From: Candidatus Micrarchaeota archaeon
GTDB taxonomy: Archaea; Micrarchaeota; Micrarchaeia; Anstonellales; Bilamarchaeaceae
Assembly: GCA_043827025.1 (NCBI GenBank)
Contig: JBDRPL010000006.1
Location: 1 to 64,000 of the forward strand
DNA: 64,000 nucleotides
Reading direction: 5' to 3'
Below are positions 36,989 through 46,302 of this stretch, piece by piece. How positions within the stretch are numbered: position 1 is the stretch's first letter; each line of letters opens with the position of its first letter. The translations under genes and the position numbers were made by a program. Below the pieces are notes generated by a model that was not told the DNA's origin, made no database searches, and was given only the letters and a program-made list of their open reading frames with translations.

Positions 36989-38242
36989 TCACTCTTTCCT
37001 GAACCATAAACGGTACGCCCCATATACGAAAACGATTAATAAAATCACTCCACCTGCAACATATTCTATCGGGAGTCCGCTTTTTTGAGGAGGTTTGTCC
37101 CCAACCGCCGTTTCGTTTTTAGTCTGGTTGTTGTCCACTGCTACTGGCGGGTTTCCAGGTATGCTTAGCCTGGCTTCAAGACTTTGCTTGTTTCCTTCTT
37201 TGTCGCTGACATCTATGACAATGGATACAATGCTTCCCTCAGTCTTCGGGATCTCTGCCTTGAATTGGTCTTTTGTAACAGGGTAAATCACCGCTTTTTT
37301 CCAATTTCCTGATCCATCTATTTCATACTTCAAGCTTATACTTTCAGTTACCACCCCGCTGGCATATCCACCAGCATCCTTTACACTTATCAAAACTTCC
37401 GCCACCTTCTCCTTAATCTGTGTTTTCAATAAGATTTCAGGCGGAGTCTTATCAAAAATGACTTCGTATTCTTTATTCAAAGAAAGATCCACTTCTATTG
37501 TTTTTTCACTTCCTCCGTATGTTACCAAGAGAGTTTGTTGGGCAGACATAATGTCTTTGAAGTTTGCCTCACCATTCTCGTCTGTTTGGTACCTCTTTCC
37601 CAAGAACTCTATTTCTGCCTGGACAGGTTTGCCATATTCATCAATTGTCCTGATTTTCATAGGATAGAAGTCGGCTCTTAGATTGACTGTTGAATCATCT
37701 TCTACAAGTATTTGTTTCTGTATCTTTTCACCAGAAACTGTCATAAAAACTATATGGTTTCCTGGCGCAAGGTCAAAAGTTACCCACCCAGTTTCCCCAC
37801 TGCTCCTTTCAATTCCATCAACAATTATCTTTGCATTTTTTATTGCAGCTCCATTTTGGTCTGTTAAAACCATGAGCGTCTTGTAGGTATTGAACCTCAA
37901 GTCTGTCCTTCCTTGTCCCACACCTATTGTTTTTGTTATGTTTTGTCCTTGGTATATGCCATTCACACCTATATCGCAATCCGTTCTCATAATCTCCTGT
38001 TCAGTATTGTAAATCATAAATTCCACAAGCCCGCTTGAATTTGTTGGCAGTGTCTTGGTTTTAGCTGTTTTATCATAGGCAATACTATATGTCAGGTATA
38101 CCAAAGCGCCTTCAATGGGCCTTACCTTCGCATCAATTGCCCTGACTTGTATATCATCCACAAACCCAGGTTCACACACACCCATTGTTGCAAAACTCAG
38201 GGCGATGAAAATCATTAAATGGAGGATAAAACGTATTTTCAT
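36989..38242 (-). CDS. Surface protein with tandem transthyretin/Ig-like beta domains
   Basis: Signal peptide; repeated D..G.P(I/V)..A.(I/V)...T...G...F units; C-terminal TM. Confidence 0.65.
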   Translation of the reverse strand: MKIRFILHLMIFIALSFATMGVCEPGFVDDIQVRAIDAKVRPIEGALVYLTYSIAYDKTAKTKTLPTNSSGLVEFMIYNTEQEIMRTDCDIGVNGIYQGQNITKTIGVGQGRTDLRFNTYKTLMVLTDQNGAAIKNAKIIVDGIERSSGETGWVTFDLAPGNHIVFMTVSGEKIQKQILVEDDSTVNLRADFYPMKIRTIDEYGKPVQAEIEFLGKRYQTDENGEANFKDIMSAQQTLLVTYGGSEKTIEVDLSLNKEYEVIFDKTPPEILLKTQIKEKVAEVLISVKDAGGYASGVVTESISLKYEIDGSGNWKKAVIYPVTKDQFKAEIPKTEGSIVSIVIDVSDKEGNKQSLEARLSIPGNPPVAVDNNQTKNETAVGDKPPQKSGLPIEYVAGGVILLIVFVYGAYRLWFRKE

Positions 38243-38520
38243 GATAATACTTTAAACAGAAAGTATATAAATATGATGTTTTTCATCGTTAAATGTTAAA
38301 ATCTTGTTTGAAAATACTATTTTTGTGTATTTTTACTATTATTTGCACATTTTTAGGGTCCAAAATGTGGTTTTGTACATTTTAAATGCAATATTTTGAA
38401 TAATGTCACATGAATAGTCAAATCATGGTTCATGTTTAGGTGGTTGTGTGGACCATAGAATCAGATGCCCAACAGAACACATAAGTACATTTAAGAACAT
38501 TTCCATACACACTGTATTAT

Positions 38521-39213
38521 ATAAAACAATTACATGCTCAAAGTGCAAACGGAAGAAATCAAAGAACCATAGTTGCTCGCATTGCGACAACTACTACGGC
38601 AGCAATTATCGGATTACAGGGGTTGATGGGTTTGCCTTTAATTGAATCTGTTGCTATTGCACAACCGAGACCTGCTCCTACAAGGTTATATGATTATTCC
38701 ACAAATCCTGTTAGGGAACTTTCTGCCGAAGAAGCAGTGTTAACTCTTAATAGAGCAGTTAATGATCTGGATAGTGCTCGTAGCACACTTCGCCTTACTG
38801 GAACAAAAGCAATTCCCCTGTTAATTGAAAGATTGAGCAATCCAGATCTCTCGGTGAGAATTGAAGCTGCTGAATTGATTGGGAGTATCGCACGAGAAGA
38901 TGACAGTGTTGATCTTAATAATCCATATTTGTTTAAATGTTCTGTAGCAATTTCTCCGCTCACTGAAGCATTGAAGAGTTCTGATCCACGTTGGAAGTCA
39001 CAGGCTGCTGAAACTATCGGAGTTCTGGCAGTAGCGGCACGCGAGAAATACGGTGTTCTTGCCTTTGAAACAGTCGATCTGTTCTCTCTTGCAATACCTG
39101 ATTTAACTGAACTAAGCAAAGATACTGCGAATCCCATGGGGCAAGTAAATGCAGTCTGGGCGCTTCAGCGTATTGCTGCATGCATTCATGTTAATTCACA
39201 ACGTGAGAAATGA
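38521..39213 (+). CDS. HEAT/PBS-lyase-repeat protein, probably with an N-terminal signal (start uncertain; ATA proposed)
   Basis: AIPLLIERL...VRIEAAELIG, AISPLTEAL...AAETIG, AIPDLTEL...AVWAL; the frame is open upstream to 38485. Confidence 0.7.
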   Translation: MKQLHAQSANGRNQRTIVARIATTTTAAIIGLQGLMGLPLIESVAIAQPRPAPTRLYDYSTNPVRELSAEEAVLTLNRAVNDLDSARSTLRLTGTKAIPLLIERLSNPDLSVRIEAAELIGSIAREDDSVDLNNPYLFKCSVAISPLTEALKSSDPRWKSQAAETIGVLAVAAREKYGVLAFETVDLFSLAIPDLTELSKDTANPMGQVNAVWALQRIAACIHVNSQREK

Positions 39214-39241
39214 TATTTTTTACTTTTTTATAAATAAAAAA

Positions 39242-39424
39242 CGAGCTCGGTAGGATTTGTTCCATGGTAAAAGCCGCGTGGCTTTTGACCAATCCCTTTA
39301 CTTTTGCCATTAGAAATCCTTGGTCCAAAAGTAATGGGCTTGAACCCACAACCTACAGGTTGCTCCAGCAATTTGGAGAAGGCTTCCGAAGCCTATCGCT
39401 CTATCCAAGTTGAGCTACGAGCCC
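39242..39424 (-). tRNA. tRNA-Arg(TCG) with two introns (37/38: 39385-39361, 25 nt; 58/59: 39339-39257, 83 nt)
   Basis: Acceptor GGGCTCG/CGAGCTC, anticodon stem ATAGG/CCTGT, T-stem GTGGG/CCTAC; BHB helices CTTC/GGAG and GTTC/GAAC; TTTATAA TATA upstream. Confidence 0.9.
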
Positions 39425-39475
39425 GTAGCAATTATTTCTGTTGACAATTAGTTATAAATCTACCGAAAAAAGAAG

Positions 39476-40384
39476 TTATTTCGTAGTTATCTCACAACCC
39501 TTTTCAGTAACAATTATCGTATGCTCTGCCTGTGAAACTATTCCCTTTCCCGTATCTTTCAAAACAGGATAGCCTCGTATTACTTGGCTTGACAATAATT
39601 CTCGAAGCGATGCACCTACTAACATTTTCGATTTGAATTCCTTTCTTATCCATCTTTCTGCGAACGGTGTCATTCCGTAATTATCTAGAACATGCTTCAA
39701 TATCTGCCTTGTGTGCCTCATCCTTATTGGATTCGGACCGTAGATGCTGAATATCTCTACCTGCTCAGAATCTTCAACATATCCTGCTCCATTGGTTGCG
39801 AACGGTTCTATTGCAAAAACATCCCCAACCTGGAATTGGTAGTTATCCTTTGTCTTTACACTTGGAACATCAATGCCTGCATGCAGATCATATCTTCTTA
39901 TCATATGGCCGCTGAGGTTGCTTATCGGCTTGAAGCCGAATGATTTTATTGTTTCTTCAACCACTCCGCCAACTTCACCATTTGTTATCCCTGGCTTTAT
40001 CGTCTGCAATGCTTTTTCTAATGCAGCTTCTGAAGCTTCGATTAGTTTTTGATTTTTGTCACTCAGATCAACACTGTAGGCAGTGTCTGCAATTGCTCCG
40101 TTAAGGTGTGCGCCTATATCTATCTTTACAAGGTCTGTTTCTTTTAGGCATTGCTGGCACTCTACTTCCGGAGTGTAATGAGCTGCAATCTCGTTTATTG
40201 AAATATTCACTGGAAACGCAACCTTCAAGCCTTCTTCTACAATCATCTGCTCTATTGTTTCTGCAATGTCAAGAAGCGGAGTTCCTATCATTATAAGCGA
40301 CTTGCTTTCTTCTCTGATCTTTGAGGTTATTCGGCCTGCTTGCCTGTAATCTTCTAGATCTTCTTTTTCTTCTATTTCTTCCAT
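39476..40384 (-). CDS. map: Type II methionine aminopeptidase
   Basis: AFPVNIS.NEIAAHYTP, KIDIGAH, NLSGH, AIEPF, QAEHT. Confidence 0.96.
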   Translation of the reverse strand: MEEIEEKEDLEDYRQAGRITSKIREESKSLIMIGTPLLDIAETIEQMIVEEGLKVAFPVNISINEIAAHYTPEVECQQCLKETDLVKIDIGAHLNGAIADTAYSVDLSDKNQKLIEASEAALEKALQTIKPGITNGEVGGVVEETIKSFGFKPISNLSGHMIRRYDLHAGIDVPSVKTKDNYQFQVGDVFAIEPFATNGAGYVEDSEQVEIFSIYGPNPIRMRHTRQILKHVLDNYGMTPFAERWIRKEFKSKMLVGASLRELLSSQVIRGYPVLKDTGKGIVSQAEHTIIVTEKGCEITTK

Positions 40385-40462
40385 ATCTCAATTTCTGTTC
40401 AGGAGGGTTAAAAAAACTGAGCGAATAATCCTTATTTCTTTCTTTTCTAAGTATTATCTGTT

Positions 40463-42997
40463 ATGCCAACCCTAGTGGAATTGATCAAGGAGAGGTTCAA
40501 AGACCTTACTGAAATACAGAAGCTAGCAATACCTAGGATTCTAAATGGCGAGAATGTTTTGATTATGGCTCCCACTGGATTCGGAAAAACAGAATCCGCA
40601 TTACTCCCTGTCCTCGAAAAAATAAATAAAAAAGAACCTGGCATACAAGCACTTTACATCTCACCGCTTCGAGCATTGTCGCGAGACTTGAAACAGAGAT
40701 TCGATTGGTGGTGCGACCGCCTTGAAATAAGCCATGATGCGAGAACGGGGGATACTACTGCTCATGAACGGACAAAGCACAGAAACAAGCCACCCCAAAT
40801 ATTACTGACAACTCCAGAAAGTCTCCAAGCGTTATTCATTGGAAAAGTGATGCGTGAGCATCTTAAGAAGATAAAATTCGTCATTGTTGATGAAATCCAC
40901 GACATTCTCGACACGAAACGAGGTTCGCAATTGTCAATGGCACTTGAGCGATTGGCAGAAGTTGCGAATTTCCAAAGACTGGGGCTGTCAGCAACTGTTT
41001 CAAATGAAGCCGAAGCTGCAAAACTTCTTTTTGGAGAAAGGCAGTATGCAATTGCAGAAGTGGGAAAGAAAAGAGCGCTTGACATCACAATTGAGAATTT
41101 GCATTCGCAGGATCAGCGCATCAAACGGCTCAAAGAACTTTCCGAAACCAACAGAAGCCTTATTTTTGTCAATACGCGTGCGATTGCAGAAGAAGTCGGA
41201 GCAACGCTCAAGAAAGAAGGCGCTCCGATAGATGTGCATCATGGATCTTTATCAAAAGAAGTTCGATTAAGCGCAGAAGACAAGTTCAAATCAGGAGAAA
41301 CCAAATCATTGATTGCAACTTCCTCACTTGAATTAGGAATAGATGTCGGAGACGTTAATCTTGTTGTTCAATTCTCATCTCCAAGACAAGTTGCAAGGCT
41401 TGTGCAAAGGGTTGGAAGAAGCGGCCATGCGCTTGACAAGACTCCAAAAGGTATCGTAATTACGACTGACCTTGATGACTATTTAGAGGCAGAGGCAATA
41501 CTCTCGCTTCTCAAAAATGGATGGATGGAGGACAAAAAAGTCCAAAGAGGAGCATATGATGTCATCGCGCACCAAGTAATCGGAGTCTGCTTAGACAATT
41601 TCGGAAATCTTAACCTCCGAGATGTTCACAAAATTCTTTCAAGGAGCTATGCTTATGATATAAGCTATGAAAAGCTGAAGTTGGTTGCCCTTCAACTTTA
41701 TTCTGAAAGCATTCTTTCATATAATGACAATGGAGACGAATTCCTAATAAGGCCAACTAGGAATGCGAGGGAGTATTATTACTCGAATCTATCGACTATT
41801 CCAAAGGAAAAGAAATACTTCATGAAGAATATTTCATCCAATTCGAATGTTGCTTTGCTTGATGAAAAGTTTGTTCTCAATCTAGAGATCGGCTCAAGTT
41901 TCCTTGCAAAAGGCCAGCCATGGATGGTCATAGACATCACTGAGAATGAAGTTCTGGTGGATCCAAGCGTTGCAAGTGAAATTTCCATTCCTGAATGGAT
42001 TGGTGAAGAGATTCCAGTGGATCTTCAGGTTGCACAGAATGTCCTTGAACTCAGAAGACTGCGGAAAGAGTCAGACATGAAATCAAATGAGGCGGTAATG
42101 GAACTTGTTGGCGAAGTAATTATCATTCACACCTGCCTTGGGACAAAAATAAATGAAACAATCAGCAGAATATTTTCCTACAATCTTTCAAAACTTGTTG
42201 GTGAAACAGTCCGTTCAGTTGTCGATCCATACCGAATCATTGTAAAACTTCCATTCCCGCTTGACGAGAAGCATCTGCTTCCTGCACTTAAAACTCCAAG
42301 TATACGCGCAACACTTGAACGCAGTCTGGAAGAATCATTCTTAATGAAGATGATGTTCACCCATGTTGCACGATTGTTTGGATTATTGGCACCCGATGCG
42401 AAAATCTCAGGCCGTTTCATCTATGCAATGAGGAATTCAATTATTTATGATGAATGCCTGAGAACAATTTTCTCAAGGTTTTTCGATGTTGATCGCACTG
42501 AGAAAATACTTCCAGATCTAAAGATAAAGGTCGAAAAAAGAGAAAAGTTCTCAAAACTTGCGCAGCTTGGCATTGACAGGCTTTCAAGCGGTGAGGCGAT
42601 AGGATCATTTGAACCAAGAAAGGAGATGGTGATGGCTTTCAAGGAAAGGACACTATCCAAAACATTAGAGTTGCAGTGCCTTAATTGTGGCGCAACAAAA
42701 CTGTTGTATCTTTACACTGCTCCAACCGACCCAAAACAGATTAAATGTGCAAAATGCAACCAACAGGCACTTACAATAAAAGGAGAAAGAAGAAGCGCAG
42801 AAGAAAAGGCACAGATGGCATCATTGATTAGAAATTACGGAAAGAATGCCTTGATTGCATTGGCAAGCTATGGTGTAGGTCCAAGGGTGGCGGAATACAC
42901 GCTCAAGAGATTGCACAGGACAGAGGATGAATTCTATCTCGACCTTATAGAGGCGCAGAAGAATTTCATAAAAAACAAGAAATACTGGAAAATTTGA
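40463..42997 (+). CDS. lhr: Lhr-family SF2 helicase with a C-terminal Zn finger
   Basis: APTGFGKT, DEIH, LSAT, HHGSL, SSLELGIDVG, QRVGRSGH, CLNC/CAKC. Confidence 0.93.
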   Translation: MPTLVELIKERFKDLTEIQKLAIPRILNGENVLIMAPTGFGKTESALLPVLEKINKKEPGIQALYISPLRALSRDLKQRFDWWCDRLEISHDARTGDTTAHERTKHRNKPPQILLTTPESLQALFIGKVMREHLKKIKFVIVDEIHDILDTKRGSQLSMALERLAEVANFQRLGLSATVSNEAEAAKLLFGERQYAIAEVGKKRALDITIENLHSQDQRIKRLKELSETNRSLIFVNTRAIAEEVGATLKKEGAPIDVHHGSLSKEVRLSAEDKFKSGETKSLIATSSLELGIDVGDVNLVVQFSSPRQVARLVQRVGRSGHALDKTPKGIVITTDLDDYLEAEAILSLLKNGWMEDKKVQRGAYDVIAHQVIGVCLDNFGNLNLRDVHKILSRSYAYDISYEKLKLVALQLYSESILSYNDNGDEFLIRPTRNAREYYYSNLSTIPKEKKYFMKNISSNSNVALLDEKFVLNLEIGSSFLAKGQPWMVIDITENEVLVDPSVASEISIPEWIGEEIPVDLQVAQNVLELRRLRKESDMKSNEAVMELVGEVIIIHTCLGTKINETISRIFSYNLSKLVGETVRSVVDPYRIIVKLPFPLDEKHLLPALKTPSIRATLERSLEESFLMKMMFTHVARLFGLLAPDAKISGRFIYAMRNSIIYDECLRTIFSRFFDVDRTEKILPDLKIKVEKREKFSKLAQLGIDRLSSGEAIGSFEPRKEMVMAFKERTLSKTLELQCLNCGATKLLYLYTAPTDPKQIKCAKCNQQALTIKGERRSAEEKAQMASLIRNYGKNALIALASYGVGPRVAEYTLKRLHRTEDEFYLDLIEAQKNFIKNKKYWKI

Positions 42998-43021
42998 AAT
43001 TTGTCTTTGTTGTTAATCTTA

Positions 43022-44470
43022 TTATCTGGTTAATCTGGTTACCCTTCTTTTCACGACTGGCGTTTCAGATGTCGGGGGCGGCCTGATGCGGATGTCACAT
43101 GTCCGGTGTCGCTCACAAATCAGTCCTCCAAGAGGGCTGTCTCTTTGTGCTTTGTTTAAACCAATCCGATCGACAAACTGTCCCACAAACTCATGGTGCG
43201 CCCTATAGATTTGCAGGACGTCATTTTCCAGGACATTGCCAAATGTCGATCCTCTGGTACCTGGGCCAAGGCAGGAAATGGTTACGTCTCCATTTGCCCT
43301 TATCCTAAATCTTGGCAGTGGTGTAGAAACATTCATTGTCTTGCAATAGTTCTTTATCTCCTCAGGTTCTTGATCACGTGGATAATTATAAGAAGCTCTT
43401 CCATATAAAGAAGAAACAGTACGCCTGGTTGCACGTATAAAATATTCGAGCCCTAGTCGTTGTTCCATGTCTTCCAGTGCCTTTTCTGTTTCCTGAGTTA
43501 TTCTTGGGCTGAAACGGGTGTCCCTGGGGTTCGGGTACATTACGTTTGAATATATCGAATGGAGCCCGACATCCATGAGTACTTCAACTGTTTCACGTAT
43601 TCTTTCCAGATATCTTTCCCTGTTTTTTATTGCTATTGGGTTTATCAGGTTGAAGCTGAGGAATATGTTCAGGTCTCCGATGTATGGGCCGGATAGCGTT
43701 TTAAGGCCTTCAAGTATTTTCATGCCTGTTTTTCTGTTTTGAGGCAGGAGCCCTGCGGTGGTAAATGAAACCTGCACACCATAATCGGCAATGAGCCTTC
43801 TGATGATTCCAGAGAGGCTGGTAGGGTACAAAAGCACCTCGCCATCTGAAAGGAATACATCTCGGCTGAATATTATCTCCTTGGAGTCCAGTAGTTCTGA
43901 GAGCAGTTCCTCTGGCATCAATTCGTCAGAGGGTTCTGCTTGGATTGAACAATAATCGCATTTACACCTGCATGTTTCGGCAACATTTATTGAACCTACA
44001 ACCATACCCAGGTCAGGCGAATCAAGTTCTAGCATTGGGTGGATGAAGAAGCCCGTGGCTGCAAATCTGCGCAGTTCTTTTTCAAGGGTACGGAGTTTTT
44101 CAATCGCATCTTTATAGTCGTATTTGTCCCGATTCCTTTCATTTAAACCTTCCCTGCTTTTTTTCTGAATCTTGCCAAGGTATTTCAAAATTTCTGTTTT
44201 CTTGGTATCCATTGCTTCTATACTGCTGGCAGGATGTGCCTTTGCAAATACTCTTCTCAAGGTGATTGCCAGTTTTTCCAGCAATGCATATCCATCAAGC
44301 AATTTATGCTTTTCTGATGGCATAAGCATTTGAAATCTTTTAAGAGGGTATTCAACAGGTTGGCCTGTCAGCAGATACATAACTTCCGAATAAAATCCAT
44401 TGAACTCTTGATAGAACTGTGACGGATTCATGTCAAGATGGCTGGGTTTATATCTTTTGTAATCGTGCAT
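43022..44470 (-). CDS. Radical SAM protein with a helical N-terminal extension and a Twitch-like domain
   Basis: CRCKCDYC, SDGEVLL, C...IRANGDVTISC...FGNV...ICERH. Confidence 0.85.
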   Translation of the reverse strand: MHDYKRYKPSHLDMNPSQFYQEFNGFYSEVMYLLTGQPVEYPLKRFQMLMPSEKHKLLDGYALLEKLAITLRRVFAKAHPASSIEAMDTKKTEILKYLGKIQKKSREGLNERNRDKYDYKDAIEKLRTLEKELRRFAATGFFIHPMLELDSPDLGMVVGSINVAETCRCKCDYCSIQAEPSDELMPEELLSELLDSKEIIFSRDVFLSDGEVLLYPTSLSGIIRRLIADYGVQVSFTTAGLLPQNRKTGMKILEGLKTLSGPYIGDLNIFLSFNLINPIAIKNRERYLERIRETVEVLMDVGLHSIYSNVMYPNPRDTRFSPRITQETEKALEDMEQRLGLEYFIRATRRTVSSLYGRASYNYPRDQEPEEIKNYCKTMNVSTPLPRFRIRANGDVTISCLGPGTRGSTFGNVLENDVLQIYRAHHEFVGQFVDRIGLNKAQRDSPLGGLICERHRTCDIRIRPPPTSETPVVKRRVTRLTR

Positions 44471-44589
44471 TTTTGTTTCTCCTAACCCTATTATTGCAGT
44501 GAAATACTTAAAAATACATCGATTAACACATAGAATCCCGACTTTCCGATTTCATTGTTTTTTATATCTTTTCTTTCCATTATTATCTT

Positions 44590-44973
44590 ATGGGAATCCT
44601 TGATCTTTTCAAAAAGAACCGCAGTTTGAAGCAGACGATTGTAATGCGCAATGACCTTAGCATGGGCAAAGGCAAGATTGCAGCACAGGCTTCACATGCT
44701 TCTCTTTCCAGTTTTCTTCGAGTCCGATCTAAATCATCAGATATTGCAGAAAACTGGCTCAATGAAGGGCAGAAGAAAATCGTTCTCAAGGTTGATTCAG
44801 AACGCGAATTAGTCGAATTCTTCCAGAAGTGCAAGGATGCTGGCATTCCATGCGAGTTGATAATGGATGCAGGTCATACGCAAGTAGCCTCAGGAACAAA
44901 AACATGCTTCGGTGCAGGGCCATGGTATGAGAATGAAATCGACAAGGTACTCGGGAAATTGAAACTGCTGTGA
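44590..44973 (+). CDS. pth2: Peptidyl-tRNA hydrolase Pth2
   Basis: DLSMGKGKIAAQASHAS, GQKKIVLK, DAGHTQV. Confidence 0.95.
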   Translation: MGILDLFKKNRSLKQTIVMRNDLSMGKGKIAAQASHASLSSFLRVRSKSSDIAENWLNEGQKKIVLKVDSERELVEFFQKCKDAGIPCELIMDAGHTQVASGTKTCFGAGPWYENEIDKVLGKLKLL

Positions 44974-45761
44974 TTGACGTGTTTGATTTGTTTGATCAGG
45001 CATTTTTGATAAAACTGGTTCTTTCTTTCCTTGTTTCAGGAGCCTGGGCAGTCTTTGCATTGAAGATTGCTGAGAAAACAGGGACGAAACTGGGAAGTAT
45101 TATTCTTTCATTGCCTTCAACAACATTATTCGCATTGCTTTTCATTGGATGGATCCAGGGAATGGATGCAGTGGCCCAGGCGGCATCAGTAAGCCTTGGG
45201 ATGATCGGAATTGTTGCAATGTTCCTGCTTATCTTTGTCAAGCTATTAGATAGGTTCAAACTGTCGGCACTTTTGTTTTCGATACTTGCCTGGTTCGTAC
45301 TGTCAGTCATTCTGTTGCATCTTTCGCTCGGCATTTTCCAATCTTTTCTGGCAGGCGTGCTTCTTTTCATTGTTTCATTCATTGCGCTCAGGAGCATCAA
45401 ATCCAAAACAACCAAAATAGAATCAACGGACATGCAAATGCTTACTCGTTTTATGCTGGTGGGTTCTCTGGTTTCCATTTCTATTATTATCTCCAAGCTG
45501 GCCGGCCCGCAATGGGGAGGAGTATTTGCCACGTTCCCTGCCATGTTCGCCTCTTCACTTTATGTTTCATACAATGCCTATGGCATAAAGTTCACAAAAG
45601 CAATGGCTGCCAACACAACCTATGCATTTCCTGGTTTCTTTACATATGTGCTTGGAGTTTATTTTCTCTATCCGATCTGTGGACTTGTTTTGGGAACGAT
45701 CTTGTCCTTCATAATCAGTTTAATTACTATCTACATATTTAATTTGATATTCAAGAGGTAA
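44970..45761 (+). CDS. Multi-pass membrane protein (internally duplicated, DUF3147-like)
   Basis: About 8 TM helices; two halves with G...G.I...(L/F)P motifs. Confidence 0.65.
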   Translation: MIDVFDLFDQAFLIKLVLSFLVSGAWAVFALKIAEKTGTKLGSIILSLPSTTLFALLFIGWIQGMDAVAQAASVSLGMIGIVAMFLLIFVKLLDRFKLSALLFSILAWFVLSVILLHLSLGIFQSFLAGVLLFIVSFIALRSIKSKTTKIESTDMQMLTRFMLVGSLVSISIIISKLAGPQWGGVFATFPAMFASSLYVSYNAYGIKFTKAMAANTTYAFPGFFTYVLGVYFLYPICGLVLGTILSFIISLITIYIFNLIFKR

Positions 45762-45765
45762 GAAT

Positions 45766-46302
45766 ATGCGCGTCCTACTAATTCACGGCTGGGGAGGAAG
45801 TGATGAAAGGCACTGGCAGAGCTGGCTATGTGAAGAACTGAAGAAACAGAATATCGAAGTCCATTTTCCTTTGCTTCCTCATGCTGATTTGCCAAAACTA
45901 GATGAATGGCTCACGGCTTTGGAAAAGGAAGTAAAAACATTTGGCGATGATCTTGTTCTGATTGGCCATTCACTTGGCTGCCCAACCATCCTCCATCTTC
46001 TGGAAAAGCACAAAGCAGGCAAAGCAATTCTTGTTTGTGGATTCGCAAAGGACCTCGGAATCAATGAGATAAGGGATTTTGTCAACAAGCCTTTTGACTG
46101 GAAAAAAATAAAGCAAAACTGCAAAGATATCCTTTGCATAAGTTCTGATAATGACCATTACATTCCAATTGAGGTCGCAGAGGATTTGGCAAAGAATCTT
46201 GGCGTGAAATTGATTGTCGAGCACAATGCGGAGCACATCTATGCACCTAAGTTTGGGCCTTATCCGAGAATGCTTGAACTTCTTTCATCTAAAAGGTCGT
46301 GA
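45766..46302 (+). CDS. RBBP9/YdeN-family alpha/beta hydrolase
   Basis: IHGWGGS..HWQ.WL, GHSLG, SDND. Confidence 0.9.
   Translation: MRVLLIHGWGGSDERHWQSWLCEELKKQNIEVHFPLLPHADLPKLDEWLTALEKEVKTFGDDLVLIGHSLGCPTILHLLEKHKAGKAILVCGFAKDLGINEIRDFVNKPFDWKKIKQNCKDILCISSDNDHYIPIEVAEDLAKNLGVKLIVEHNAEHIYAPKFGPYPRMLELLSSKRS

Noticed and set aside
38243..38450. Replication origin in the AT-rich intergenic region
   Set aside because: No ORB-like repeats recognised and no cdc6/orc1 in the window
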